Source: Burkholderiaceae bacterium
GTDB taxonomy: Bacteria > Pseudomonadota > Gammaproteobacteria > Burkholderiales > Burkholderiaceae_A
Assembly (NCBI GenBank): GCA_004214155.1
Contig: SGYQ01000002.1
Location: 17,429 to 81,428 of the forward strand
Length of the DNA: 64,000 nucleotides
Direction of reading: 5' to 3'
How positions within the stretch are numbered: the first letter of the stretch is position 1; each line of letters begins with the position of its first letter. This document shows positions 8,757 through 18,887 of the stretch, piece after piece. Position numbers and translations under genes: made by a program. The notes beneath the pieces were generated by a model that was not told where the DNA came from, made no database searches, and saw only the letters and a list, made by a program, of their open reading frames with translations.

Positions 8757-10202
8757 CTAGTTACTAACGATTTTTCCAATGAGGTCATGTTCATTATTTC
8801 CTATAACTTCTACTAGGGAGAAATTTCCAATCTCTACACGAGCGACATTATCCTGATCTGGGTAGACATGAATTACACCGTCTATTTCCGGTGAATCTGC
8901 AGGCCCTCTCCCGATTAAAACCTCTTTTTCGCTGTCAATACCCTCGATGATAACCTCTACACGTTTTCCATTCCATCTTTTTAACCGATTCTCTGAGATT
9001 TTAGCTTGATGCAGTAGCAGTTTAGTTTGCCTAGCGCGACTTATTTCCTCTGGAATATGATCAGGATATTCATTGGCTTTTGCACCAGAAACCGGGGAAT
9101 AAGTGAAGCAACCAACTCTGTCCAACTTTGCCTCAGTTAAAAACTGTATTAGATAGTCAAAGTGAGTTTCAGTTTCCCCGGGGAATCCGACTATGAAGGT
9201 ACTACGAATAGTAAGATCAGGACAGATTTTCCGCCAACTTGAAAGCCTAGTTAAGATATCCTCCATTTTTCCAGGACGTTTCATTTTTTTTAAGATATCT
9301 GGATGGGCGTGCTGAAATGGCATATCGATGTATGGAACAACCCCCTGTCTTGATGGAATAATATCGTTGGTATTCCCCTTTTTCTCCATTAATGGAATTA
9401 GTAAATCTATATTTTTATAGGGATAAATGTAATGTAACCTTAACCAAACCTTAAGCTTTTGCAACTCTTTCACAAGTCCTAAAAGGTTAGCTTTAACAGG
9501 TACTCCATTTACAAATTCTGTCTGATACTTTGTGTCGGTACCATATGCTCCTGTATCCTGGGAAATGATAATAATTTCCCTCACACCAATGGACACTAAG
9601 TTCTTTGCCTCCTGAATTATTTCACTGACTTTACGAGAGACCAGTTTTCCACGCATTGAAGGAATGATGCAGAAAGTACATGATTGATTACATCCTTCAG
9701 AGATTTTTAAATAGGCATAATGTGAAGGAGTTAGGAGATAATTTCTAGAAGATGTGGTGGAAGACTCTGAACTTGTTTCTTGTTTAAGAGATAATTCCCG
9801 TTTATTTCTAATTTCACTATCAAACCGATCATTCCTATTTAGTTGTTTTTTGATCAATTTTGCTGTGTGTATCGGATTATTCGGCCCTGTAACCTCCAAA
9901 ACACCAAGATCCTCTGGGGTGATTAATGGAGCCCCATGTGAATTTTTTTTTGCACCCAAACAACCGGTGACAATAACCTTCCCATTTTTTTTTTTCGCCT
10001 CTTTAATGGAATCTAAGCTTTCTTTGATTGCTGCATCAATAAAACCACATGTATTGACTACAACCAAATCTGCCTCTTGGAAGGAAGGAGTAATTTTAAT
10101 ATTGTCAGAAACTAGTAGATTAACTATCCGCTCTGTATCAACTAGCGCTTTCGGACAGCCCAAAGAAATAAATCCTACAGAATGAATATTTTCCTTTTTC
10201 AT
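8757..10202 (-). CDS. rimO: Ribosomal protein S12 methylthiotransferase RimO
   Basis: MTTase N-domain (VGFISLGCPKALVDTE, VVNTCGFI), radical-SAM CxxxCxxC (EGCNQSCTFC) and a C-terminal TRAM-like segment. Carries a Ser/Thr-rich insertion (KQETSSESSTTSSRN) between the N-domain and the radical-SAM core. Confidence 0.85.
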   Translation of the reverse strand: MKKENIHSVGFISLGCPKALVDTERIVNLLVSDNIKITPSFQEADLVVVNTCGFIDAAIKESLDSIKEAKKKNGKVIVTGCLGAKKNSHGAPLITPEDLGVLEVTGPNNPIHTAKLIKKQLNRNDRFDSEIRNKRELSLKQETSSESSTTSSRNYLLTPSHYAYLKISEGCNQSCTFCIIPSMRGKLVSRKVSEIIQEAKNLVSIGVREIIIISQDTGAYGTDTKYQTEFVNGVPVKANLLGLVKELQKLKVWLRLHYIYPYKNIDLLIPLMEKKGNTNDIIPSRQGVVPYIDMPFQHAHPDILKKMKRPGKMEDILTRLSSWRKICPDLTIRSTFIVGFPGETETHFDYLIQFLTEAKLDRVGCFTYSPVSGAKANEYPDHIPEEISRARQTKLLLHQAKISENRLKRWNGKRVEVIIEGIDSEKEVLIGRGPADSPEIDGVIHVYPDQDNVARVEIGNFSLVEVIGNNEHDLIGKIVSN

Positions 10203-10225
10203 TCTAAATAATTCTCTTAATTTTC

Positions 10226-10777
10226 CTAGTCGCCATCTTTTTTGCGTTGCTTGGTTTCACCCATATTTCTAAAGAACATATCTGAATTTGCTTGCATTTG
10301 TTTTTCTATATTTGAAAAATATTCTCGAGATTTCTCCATATAATCCCCAAAAAAATTTTGAACAGACTGTGGATTAGTAGAAAAAAATTCTGAAACCTTC
10401 TCATTCGAAGCAAAGCCATTATCAAAAAACGTTTTAGAGTTATCTTTAAACTTTTCTTGCGCTTCTGAAAAGATTTGAACATTTTTTTCTAAGAATGAGC
10501 CCATAAAGCTTTGCATCGCATTACCATAAAGTCGAATTATCTGGGCCAATACAGGTTCAGTGAACATGGGAATACCACCGGATTCCTCTTCCAAAATTAT
10601 TTGAAGAAGTATCGTTCGCGTAATATCATCATTTGTTTTTGCATCAATGACAGTAAAATTTTCGCACTCTAGTACCAGAGCTTTAATATCTGCCAGCGTT
10701 ACGTAAGAACTTGTGTGCGTATCGTAAAGTCGTCTGTTTGGATATTTTTTAATAAGTCTTTGTGTTTTTTTATTCAT
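10226..10777 (-). CDS. phaR: Polyhydroxyalkanoate synthesis repressor PhaR
   Basis: N-terminal IKKYPNRRLYDTHTSSYVTLADIKALV is the PhaR signature. Lies in the pha cluster. Confidence 0.85.
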   Translation of the reverse strand: MNKKTQRLIKKYPNRRLYDTHTSSYVTLADIKALVLECENFTVIDAKTNDDITRTILLQIILEEESGGIPMFTEPVLAQIIRLYGNAMQSFMGSFLEKNVQIFSEAQEKFKDNSKTFFDNGFASNEKVSEFFSTNPQSVQNFFGDYMEKSREYFSNIEKQMQANSDMFFRNMGETKQRKKDGD

Positions 10778-10783
10778 TATTTT

Positions 10784-11527
10784 TTAACCCATGTGAAGAC
10801 CACCATTTAATGAAAAGTCAGCGCCTGTCGCAAAGCCACCATCATCAGAGCAAAGCCAGGCAACTATAGAGGCAATCTCTTCTGTATTGCCAAGTCGTTT
10901 AATTGGTATTGTATTGACAATCTTTTCCAATACATCAGAGGGTATTTTTTTTACCATTTCGGTCCCAATATATCCAGGAGAAACTGTATTTACTGTTATA
11001 CCTTTTGTAGCAAGTTCCTGCGCAAGTGACATAGAAAAACCATGGATTCCAGCTTTAGCTGTCGAGTAATTAGTTTGTCCAAATTGGCCTTTTTGCCCAT
11101 TTACGGAGGAAATATTAATTATACGCCCCCATTTTTTTGTGATCATCCCATCTACGACTTGCTTAGTAACATTAAAAAGACTGTTCAAATTAGTGTCTAG
11201 TACTGAACGCCACTGCTCCAAACTCATCTTAGCAAAGGTAGTATCTCTTGTAATGCCGGCGTTATTGACAAGAATATCTACGTCACCGACGGTATCTCGC
11301 ACATGTTCGAAGGCAGTTTTTGTTGATTCCCAATCTGATACATTTCCAACGCTGTGGAGAAAATCATACCCACCTTCTCTCTGTGTGGTTAACCAACTAG
11401 TAAAATCTCTATTAGGACCGCAACCTGCAATCACGACATAATCCAGGCTGTAAAGCTTCCTGCAAATTGCTGTCCCAATACCCCCCATTCCTCCAGTGAC
11501 GTACGCGATCTTTTTTTCTTTTTTCAT
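10784..11527 (-). CDS. phaB: Acetoacetyl-CoA reductase (SDR)
   Basis: TGGMGGIG, NNAGIT and YSTAKAG (YxxxK). 247 aa. Directly downstream of phaC. Confidence 0.9.
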   Translation of the reverse strand: MKKEKKIAYVTGGMGGIGTAICRKLYSLDYVVIAGCGPNRDFTSWLTTQREGGYDFLHSVGNVSDWESTKTAFEHVRDTVGDVDILVNNAGITRDTTFAKMSLEQWRSVLDTNLNSLFNVTKQVVDGMITKKWGRIINISSVNGQKGQFGQTNYSTAKAGIHGFSMSLAQELATKGITVNTVSPGYIGTEMVKKIPSDVLEKIVNTIPIKRLGNTEEIASIVAWLCSDDGGFATGADFSLNGGLHMG

Positions 11528-11550
11528 AAGTATTCTTTCGGTAACTAATA

Positions 11551-13179
11551 CTAAAACTTTTTCGCAACCTCTCGAACATATCTCCCAGGCGCTTTCTCAA
11601 TTACTTTATGGTTTTTGTCGCCGTATTTCCTTTGACGAGAAATTAATTTTCCATTGTTTTTACTCAGCCATTGATCCCAATCTGTCCACCAACTTCCCCG
11701 TTTTTCATTCGTATTTTTGTTCCAGTCAGAAAACTTTAGGCTAGCAATTGTATCGTATTCATTGTTTGTCCAATAGCTTCGTTTATTTTTCGAAGCAGGA
11801 TTTATGCATCCAGCAATATGGCCACTCGCTCCTAAAACAAATCGTATTTTTCCACCAAAGAGACTGGCTGACGTAAAAGCTGACTTGCAGGGGACAATAT
11901 GGTCCTCCCTGGCCCCCATTGCATAAATTGGACATGTGATAGCTTGTAAATCAATTTTTTGACCACAAATGGAAAGGTTATTTGGTCTCTTGAGCCGGTC
12001 TTCCAAGTAGAAGTTTTTTAAATACCAGCAATAAAATGGTCCCGGGAGGTTTGCACCATCTCCGTTCCAGTATAGCAGATCAAAAGGAACAGGCTTCTCT
12101 CCTTTAAGGTAATTAGAAACGTAGTAGTTCCATATGAGATCATCCGGTCTTAGAAATGAAAAGGTTGATGCAAGCTCTGATCCTGCCATGACACCTTTTT
12201 GCCCGATTGCACCTTCTCTAATTGATATCGATGCTTCGTCTATAAAGATTTTTAATATTCCCGGATCGGAAAATTCTAGAAGGCTTGCCATTAAGGTTAT
12301 GGAATTAATAGTATCCTTTTTTTGTTTTGTAATCACCCCAGCAGCACAAGTCAAAAGGGTTCCTCCAATACAAAACCCAAGCGTATTTATTTTTTTAACA
12401 TTAGTGACTTCACGTACCGTGTCTATCGCTTTGATGACGCCATGTTCCACATAATCATCCCAGGTGAATGTACACTCGGAATCATTAATATTTTTCCAGG
12501 ATATAAGGAAAACTTGGTTTTTGTTTTCCAACGCAAAATTAACCAACGAGTTCGATTCAGTTAAATCTAAAATGTAATACTTATTAATACAAGGAGGTAC
12601 AAAAAGAATGGGGGTTTGCTTTACTTTGCTAAATTTATTTTTATATTGAATAAGTTGGAAAATATCATTTTCAAATATAACTGCCCCCTCGGTTACTGCT
12701 AAATTTTTCCCAACTTCAAAAGCCGTTTCGTCAGTTTGTGAAATTTTTCCTTTGCCAATGTCAGATAAAAAGTTTTCCATGCCAGATACCATGCTTTTCC
12801 CCTTGGTTTCAAAAAACTTTTTTTGTACTTCAGGGTTTGTCGCAATAAAATTCGCTGGGGACATTGTGCTCAAAAAATTATCGAGGAAAAAATTCATTTT
12901 TTGCCTCTGATCATCTTCTAAAGACATTTTCTCTGTCATATCACAGAGTGTTTTTGCATTTAACAAATAAGTAGCAGCAAAAGAGGAGTACAATCCTCCG
13001 GTGGTCCATTCATTTGAAGAAAAACGACGATCGGCAGCTAAAACCTCTTTAGCTTTTTCGGGTTTCGACCAAATTTGGAAAAATTCAGAAAGATATTTCT
13101 CTTGAATTTGGGTTAAGTCGCTGGGTTCTATAAATTCTTGTAACTTATTTTTTTTTCTCATAGTTTTCCGATCAATCAC
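11551..13179 (-). CDS. phaC: Class I poly(R)-hydroxyalkanoate synthase
   Basis: Lipase-box-like GFCIGG with the catalytic Cys, alpha/beta-hydrolase core, 542 aa. Neighbours are phaB and phaR. Confidence 0.9.
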   Translation of the reverse strand: MIDRKTMRKKNKLQEFIEPSDLTQIQEKYLSEFFQIWSKPEKAKEVLAADRRFSSNEWTTGGLYSSFAATYLLNAKTLCDMTEKMSLEDDQRQKMNFFLDNFLSTMSPANFIATNPEVQKKFFETKGKSMVSGMENFLSDIGKGKISQTDETAFEVGKNLAVTEGAVIFENDIFQLIQYKNKFSKVKQTPILFVPPCINKYYILDLTESNSLVNFALENKNQVFLISWKNINDSECTFTWDDYVEHGVIKAIDTVREVTNVKKINTLGFCIGGTLLTCAAGVITKQKKDTINSITLMASLLEFSDPGILKIFIDEASISIREGAIGQKGVMAGSELASTFSFLRPDDLIWNYYVSNYLKGEKPVPFDLLYWNGDGANLPGPFYCWYLKNFYLEDRLKRPNNLSICGQKIDLQAITCPIYAMGAREDHIVPCKSAFTSASLFGGKIRFVLGASGHIAGCINPASKNKRSYWTNNEYDTIASLKFSDWNKNTNEKRGSWWTDWDQWLSKNNGKLISRQRKYGDKNHKVIEKAPGRYVREVAKKF

Positions 13180-13206
13180 TACTGTACTGCGATATGTGTC
13201 TTTTTA

Positions 13207-14004
13207 TCAAGTTTTATTTTTAAAAATAAGCGATGCTTGTCTACCAGTTCGATTTTGCCGACGATGTGAAAAAAATAAGTCCTCATTTTTGTAGGTGCAC
13301 ATATCATGAGAATTAAATTCGCCATTAACTTTGTTCAACTCAAGCACTTCTTTTATTTGATATTCCGCTACATGTCTGATGTCCATACAAATTTGTTTTT
13401 CAAATACCTTGAATGCAAACTTGTATTTTCTCTTATAACTAACAAATTGTTTTTCTAATTCAGGACCAACGGGATAACATTTCTGACTTATGCAAGGACC
13501 TAACCAGATATAAACAAGGTTTTCGCTAGGTTTTTTGATTTGGTAAAGTTTATCGAAAAAATTTTCAAAAAAAACATTTATAACCTTATTTAACAATCCT
13601 TTCCATCCACAATGTATCGAACCGATCAAAGTCCCTTCTTGACTACTAACCAAAATTGGTAAGCAGTCAGCAGTCATCACGGCACAACATCGAAACATCT
13701 TAGAAGTGATACTGGAGTCAGCGATCGGTGGATCTTGTAGAGTATTCGAAAATTCGTGTTCAACAAATGAGTCAATATCAAATATTTTATTACTATGTAC
13801 TTGCTTAAGCCATACAACTTTACACTTAATATAATTCAGTAGAAGTTTTCTGTTATGTTTCACGGCATCAGGATTGTCGCCAACATTATTAGCAAGATTA
13901 AAATGCGAATATGGGTGTTTTGAGAACCCACCAGTACGAGTTGTATAAAAAGCTGTAACGTTTTCAGGGAAAAAATCTTTTATTGCAATAATTGATGGAG
14001 ACAT
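13207..14004 (-). CDS. pgeF: YfiH/PgeF laccase-domain (DUF152) protein, purine nucleoside phosphorylase-like
   Basis: Motifs TTRTGG.S..PY..FNL, MTADCLPI and HCGWKG. Conserved position downstream of rluD. Confidence 0.8.
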   Translation of the reverse strand: MSPSIIAIKDFFPENVTAFYTTRTGGFSKHPYSHFNLANNVGDNPDAVKHNRKLLLNYIKCKVVWLKQVHSNKIFDIDSFVEHEFSNTLQDPPIADSSITSKMFRCCAVMTADCLPILVSSQEGTLIGSIHCGWKGLLNKVINVFFENFFDKLYQIKKPSENLVYIWLGPCISQKCYPVGPELEKQFVSYKRKYKFAFKVFEKQICMDIRHVAEYQIKEVLELNKVNGEFNSHDMCTYKNEDLFFSHRRQNRTGRQASLIFKNKT

Positions 14005-14963
14005 ATTCCTGCTTCTTTTATCTGTTTTTTTAAATCATCTGGCGGCAATACTTGAAAGGTCATAGGATATTTCTTTATTGGGTCAAAGAAAGCTAGTGAA
14101 AAAGCATGTAAAGCCTGCCTTGGCATGACTTTTTCCCTAAGGTGTCGAGGAGAGCCTCGTTTATACAAAACATCTCCTACAATTGGGTATCCAACACCTT
14201 CCATATGTACTCTAATCTGATGAGTTCTACCGGTATTTAGAATGCATTTCACAAGGGTAACTTTTTGGTTTTGCAAATGACCTGTTCCAATCGGGATTAC
14301 GGTCGTATGCGCAAATTTTCCTTTATCAGTTTTTGAGATTATGAAACGCAATCGGTTTACCCTATCCCTCTCTATTTTTCCCTCTATTTCAATCTTTGTC
14401 AGAACATTCCCCCAGACTAGCGCCAGATAATTTCTACGAATGTTTCTTTTTAAAATTTGGCTTGACAGAGAATCGAATGCAAGCCTATTTTTTGCCACAA
14501 CAACAAGGCCAGTAGTATCCTTGTCCAGTCTGTGCACGATGCCTGCGCGTGGTAGTTTCCGAGATTCAGGGTATTTGAAAAGCAGACCATTCAAAATGGT
14601 ATTCTCGTAGTTCCCATTACCCGGATGCATTACTAAATTCGCCCTTTTGTTCATAACTAAAAGATTATCATCTTCATAAACCTGGTCAAAAGGGATTTTC
14701 TGGGGTTTCAAATTAACAAATTCGGGTTCTGGTAAACGAATCTGTATAATTTCTCCAATTTTTGTAATATGGCTTGGTTCAGTTCGCCTTCCATTTAAAC
14801 AAATATATTCGGAATCAATTAATTTTTTCAACCTTGACCGTGATACACCTTCGATTACATTTGAAAGTAGCAGGTCTATCCTTGCATTAGAGTATGTTTT
14901 AGTAACAACTATCTCAAAATAATCAATATCTGTGTATTCAATATCTAAATTTTCCATTACCAT
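13980..14963 (-). CDS. rluD: 23S rRNA pseudouridine synthase RluD
   Basis: N-terminal S4-like domain and the RluA-family catalytic motif HRLDKDTTGLVVVAK. Divergent from bamD, as in many proteobacteria. Confidence 0.9.
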   Translation of the reverse strand: MVMENLDIEYTDIDYFEIVVTKTYSNARIDLLLSNVIEGVSRSRLKKLIDSEYICLNGRRTEPSHITKIGEIIQIRLPEPEFVNLKPQKIPFDQVYEDDNLLVMNKRANLVMHPGNGNYENTILNGLLFKYPESRKLPRAGIVHRLDKDTTGLVVVAKNRLAFDSLSSQILKRNIRRNYLALVWGNVLTKIEIEGKIERDRVNRLRFIISKTDKGKFAHTTVIPIGTGHLQNQKVTLVKCILNTGRTHQIRVHMEGVGYPIVGDVLYKRGSPRHLREKVMPRQALHAFSLAFFDPIKKYPMTFQVLPPDDLKKQIKEAGICLHQLLQ

Positions 14964-14991
14964 AAGAACATCATTGAGTTTGCCAACTATT

Positions 14992-15864
14992 ATGCAGATC
15001 TACACATTTATAATATTAGCTTCATTTTTGTTAATTGGGTGCGCATCTAAAGGCCTTGATAAGACGGATGGATGGAGTGCACAAAAACTGTATGAAGAAG
15101 CTCGCTCCGAATTAAACGTAGGTAATTATGAAACGGCTGTTTCTGTTTACCAAAAATTATCATCTAGATTTCCATTTGGAAAATATGCCCAACAAGGATC
15201 TCTCGATATTGCGTATGCTCACTGGAAAAATGGAGACTCGGGTATTGCCCTTGCAAGTTTGGACCGCTACAACAAGCTTTATCCAAGCCAGGATGGGTCG
15301 GACTATGCCCTTTATTTGCGTGGCTTGATCAATTTTAATGAAAACCAAACTCTTTTTAGCTCTATAACGGGAGAAGATATGGCAGAAAGAGATGCAGAAG
15401 CTGGAAGAATAGCGTTTGCATCTTTTAAGCGATTAGTTAAAAACTTTCCAGACACTCCTTACAAAGAAGACGCGATTAAACGCATGAGGTTTTTACGTAA
15501 TGTACTGGCTGAAAATGAAGCGCACGTAGCGCGATATTATATGCGTCGTAAAGCCTATATTGCATCATTAAATAGGTCCAAAGTAATTCTTACCCAGTAT
15601 CACGGGACACCGGCTACAGAAGAGGCACTTGCACTCATGGTTACCATCTATGATATTCTCGGACTACAAGATTTATCAAACGATTCGCTAAGAGTATTAA
15701 AACTAAACTATCCTCTAAGCCCATATTTAGATTATACATATAACCCCCGAGAACGAGGTGGTTTGCCAAGAAGTATCAGGCGAAAAACAAATACGACCTG
15801 GAATGAGTTCAACTTTATTAAAAGTTTGAAAGGTATCGTACCTAAAGGTCTTATCGAGGATTAG
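14992..15864 (+). CDS. bamD: Outer membrane protein assembly factor BamD (YfiO)
   Basis: ORF track 14932..15864. Start set to the internal Met (MQIYTFIILASFLLIGCASKG), which gives a lipoprotein signal peptide with an LIGC lipobox. TPR-like BamD pattern (LYEEARSELNVGNYETAVSVYQKLSSRFPFGKYAQQGSLDIAYA). Confidence 0.85.
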   Translation: MQIYTFIILASFLLIGCASKGLDKTDGWSAQKLYEEARSELNVGNYETAVSVYQKLSSRFPFGKYAQQGSLDIAYAHWKNGDSGIALASLDRYNKLYPSQDGSDYALYLRGLINFNENQTLFSSITGEDMAERDAEAGRIAFASFKRLVKNFPDTPYKEDAIKRMRFLRNVLAENEAHVARYYMRRKAYIASLNRSKVILTQYHGTPATEEALALMVTIYDILGLQDLSNDSLRVLKLNYPLSPYLDYTYNPRERGGLPRSIRRKTNTTWNEFNFIKSLKGIVPKGLIED

Positions 15865-16189
15865 TTTTTTCCAGTTTTTCCTTTCTCCTTAGCCTTTTTT
15901 TTTCTCGTATATCCGCACGAAATTCTCGTCTCTCTAGAAGGATGTTCTGACGCCTTAATTCAAAGTCTCGCATTCCAATCTCATAGTCGACATCAAGATT
16001 TTCCAGACATTTTCCTGAAAAAAATTTAGCTAGGCATTCACTCTCCCTTAAAGAAATTTCGTTTAAAAATTCCCCCCTTTCTTTTTTTAGTTCTTTAAGT
16101 TCTTCGAGAAATTGTTTTTCAACTGAATTTGCATATGCACCAAGATTAAGGCACATGAACATCGAAAATAAACAAAGAATTAGTCTCAT
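15851..16189 (-). CDS. Hypothetical exported coiled-coil protein
   Basis: 112 aa. N-terminal signal-like MRLILCLFSMFMCLNLGAYA, then a charged K/E/R-rich helical region. No recognisable motif. The start overlaps the zapE stop. Confidence 0.45.
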   Translation of the reverse strand: MRLILCLFSMFMCLNLGAYANSVEKQFLEELKELKKERGEFLNEISLRESECLAKFFSGKCLENLDVDYEIGMRDFELRRQNILLERREFRADIREKKRLRRKEKLEKTNPR

Positions 16190-17292
16190 GTTCGTAATGC
16201 AGTAATCTCATGAAGTCTGCTTTTTGTTCTGTCGAAATCCATAGCTTTAATAGTTTTAGAGAATAATATATCTAAATCAACATCAGCAGTAAGAATTAAA
16301 TTTATTTTTCGATCGTAAATGATATCTATGAACCATGTGAACCGTGTGGCCGCAGATAAATTATCTTTTGTTAACATTGGAATTCTTTCAATGATAAATA
16401 CCTTAAAAAGCTCACTTAAATCTAAATATTCCTCTTTAGATCGAAAAGAAGAGCACAATGCATCAAATTTAAACCAACAAACATTTTCTGCCATGGCAAC
16501 TATGCTTATTCGCCTGTTATTCAGAGTAATAAAATCCGCAGATTGCACAGGCCCATTAGTTATAGCATTAAATTGTGCTTGTAGAATTTGTTGGCATTCA
16601 TCATTATGGGGATAATGATATTTTTTTTGTAATAAGTTTTTTCTTTGAAATATGGGGTTAGCTGATTCCATAAACCTTGCTCTTCTGTGATCCGGCCCGT
16701 CAGGGATTCGAATTATTTCCAATATTGTTTTCAGTAACAAAATCGCAGGAATAAAAGTTTCTCTTTGGAGACCATCTTTGTACAACTCATCGGGATGAAA
16801 ATTTGATGTAATGACAAATGACACATTAAATTCGTTTAGGTACTTGAAAAGTGACTCAAATATCATAGCGTGCGCAATATCTTGTACGTGAAACTCATCG
16901 AAACAAATTAAGTCATGTTTTTGAGCCAATTTTTTTGATACCTTTATCAAAGGTTCTTTGTGACCTTTAAGAAGAATAAGCTCATCCTGAATGTTTTGCA
17001 TGAATTCATGTAAATGGATTCTTAATTTTCTCTTTATTGGAAGGGATGTATAAAACAGATCCATTAGAAATGTTTTTCCTCGACCAACCCCTCCATAAAT
17101 ATATAAACCCTTGGGAACTAAAGGATTGCGTAATAAAAACTTATTTTGTTTTTCTGAAAATATTTCCCATTCAATGATTAGCTGATAAAGAAACCCTAAA
17201 ACGTTTTTCTGACCCTTGTCACTAGAGTAACCATTTTTTTTTCTTTCCTTCTCGTAGAGCTCTAGGATATTCAAACTCGAGTAGCTGCTCAA
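16186..17292 (-). CDS. zapE: Cell division protein ZapE (AFG1-like ATPase)
   Basis: Walker A YIYGGVGRGKTFLMD, Walker B LICFDEF, AFG1-family length of 368 aa. Confidence 0.85.
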   Translation of the reverse strand: MSSYSSLNILELYEKERKKNGYSSDKGQKNVLGFLYQLIIEWEIFSEKQNKFLLRNPLVPKGLYIYGGVGRGKTFLMDLFYTSLPIKRKLRIHLHEFMQNIQDELILLKGHKEPLIKVSKKLAQKHDLICFDEFHVQDIAHAMIFESLFKYLNEFNVSFVITSNFHPDELYKDGLQRETFIPAILLLKTILEIIRIPDGPDHRRARFMESANPIFQRKNLLQKKYHYPHNDECQQILQAQFNAITNGPVQSADFITLNNRRISIVAMAENVCWFKFDALCSSFRSKEEYLDLSELFKVFIIERIPMLTKDNLSAATRFTWFIDIIYDRKINLILTADVDLDILFSKTIKAMDFDRTKSRLHEITALRT

Positions 17293-17307
17293 TTGAATAA
17301 TTTAGAA

Positions 17308-18618
17308 CTAACGAGTTTTTAATGGTTGAACATCACGTTTTACAGAACCGACAAACGCTTGCCTAGGACGACCAATCTTATATTCTGAATCAGTTATCAT
17401 TTCTTTCCACTGTGATATCCAACCAATAGTTCGTGCCAACGCAAAAATACATGTAAACATTTCTTTAGGTACTCCCAAGGCGCGCAAGGTAATCCCAGAG
17501 TAAAAATCAACATTCGGATAAAGCTTTCTTTCAACGAAATAAGCATCTTCAAGGGCAATTTTTTCGAGCTCAAGCGCCAGTTTAAACAGAGGATCGTTTT
17601 CCAAGCCCAACTCTGCCAGTACCTGTCGACACGTCTCCTGCATTATTTTTGCCCTCGGATCAAAATTTTTATAAACTCTATGACCAAAACCCATCAATCT
17701 CACGCCCGAGTCCTTATCTTTAACCTTTTCCATAAATTCGCCAACTTTGTTTACGCCACCATCCTCGTGTATTTTTTCTAACATTTCTAAACAAGCTTGA
17801 TTAGCTCCCCCATGCGCAGGACCCCATAGACAAGCTATTCCGCTCGCTACCGCGGCGTATGGACTGGTCCCAGAGGACCCACAAAGCCTAACAGTGGACG
17901 TAGAGGCGTTTTGCTCGTGGTCTGCATGCAAAATGAAGATTCTATCCAAAGCTCGGGTGAGTATTTTTTTTTCTTGAAATTCACTCAGGGGAGTGCCAAA
18001 CATCATGCGCAAAAAGTTCCCTGTATAGGACAGGTCAGATCTTGGGAACATAAATGGTCTACCTTTAGAGTAGGTATGTATCATCGCAATTAAAGTGGGC
18101 ATTTTTGCAATTAATCTAAGCAAACTCAACTCGTGTTGCTCCTCTGAATTTACATCTAAGCTGTCTGGGTAAAATGCGGCCATTCCTCCTATTAACCCAG
18201 TTAAAACAGCCATTGGATGTGCGTTCCTTGGGTACCCGTTCATGAATTGCGCCATGGACTCATGAACCATAGAGTATGATTTGACTAATTTTTCAAACTC
18301 GTCTTTTTGCACGGCGTTAGGCATGTCGCCATTTTGCAACAAAAAACACACCTCCAGAAAATCACATTCGAGAGCAAGCTGCTCTATTGGATATCCACGA
18401 TAAAGAAGAATTCCCTTATCACCATCAATGTATGTAATATTCGATTGACAGGACGCTGTTGATAGAAAGCCAGGGTCATAAGTAAACTTGCCAGTAGTCT
18501 TATACAAACTACGAATGTCAATGACATCAGGACCAGCCGTTCCTGCAAGAACTGGCAGTTCGACGGGGTCGGTTCCGTCAGAAAAAGATATAGTAGCTTT
18601 ATTATCACCTACCACCAT
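17308..18618 (-). CDS. gltA: Citrate synthase (type II)
   Basis: [14 protein letters not shown] and [14 protein letters not shown] motifs. 436 aa. Confidence 0.95.
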   Translation of the reverse strand: MVVGDNKATISFSDGTDPVELPVLAGTAGPDVIDIRSLYKTTGKFTYDPGFLSTASCQSNITYIDGDKGILLYRGYPIEQLALECDFLEVCFLLQNGDMPNAVQKDEFEKLVKSYSMVHESMAQFMNGYPRNAHPMAVLTGLIGGMAAFYPDSLDVNSEEQHELSLLRLIAKMPTLIAMIHTYSKGRPFMFPRSDLSYTGNFLRMMFGTPLSEFQEKKILTRALDRIFILHADHEQNASTSTVRLCGSSGTSPYAAVASGIACLWGPAHGGANQACLEMLEKIHEDGGVNKVGEFMEKVKDKDSGVRLMGFGHRVYKNFDPRAKIMQETCRQVLAELGLENDPLFKLALELEKIALEDAYFVERKLYPNVDFYSGITLRALGVPKEMFTCIFALARTIGWISQWKEMITDSEYKIGRPRQAFVGSVKRDVQPLKTR

Positions 18619-18644
18619 ATGCCTCCTTTTCTACAGATTACTGA

Positions 18645-18887
18645 TCAGCAAGATCTTAGTTTAAATAATAAAGAAAGTGTTTCCGGAGAAAGAGCATTCT
18701 CATTTAGCTTCTCTATACCCAAGATGATATCGAGTAACTCATTGTCAGTTTTTTCGAGCAGTTTTTCCAGAGCTAACCACTCGCCTTCACTTAAATCTTT
18801 CTGATATTTTGAAAAAAAACGTTTTAGGATTATATCATTTTCAAGAAGGCCTCGGCGAGCTCTCCAAATTATTTTTTTTTTTATCAA
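18645..18887 (-). CDS. sdhE: Succinate dehydrogenase FAD assembly factor SdhE (YgfY)
   Basis: The ORF track gives 18645..18986, but that overlaps sdhB by ~100 nt. The SdhE-like part begins at [19 protein letters not shown] (RGxxE motif). A TTG at 18887-18885 overlaps the sdhB TGA (TTGA) and gives an 80-aa product, the normal SdhE size. Confidence 0.75.
   Translation of the reverse strand: MIKKKIIWRARRGLLENDIILKRFFSKYQKDLSEGEWLALEKLLEKTDNELLDIILGIEKLNENALSPETLSLLFKLRSC

Noticed and set aside
11412-11744. 62-aa (minus) and 82-aa (plus) ORFs spanning the phaC/phaB junction
   Set aside because: They overlap the well-supported phaB start and phaC end in alternative frames and have no motifs. phaC and phaB already account for the sequence, with a 23-nt gap.
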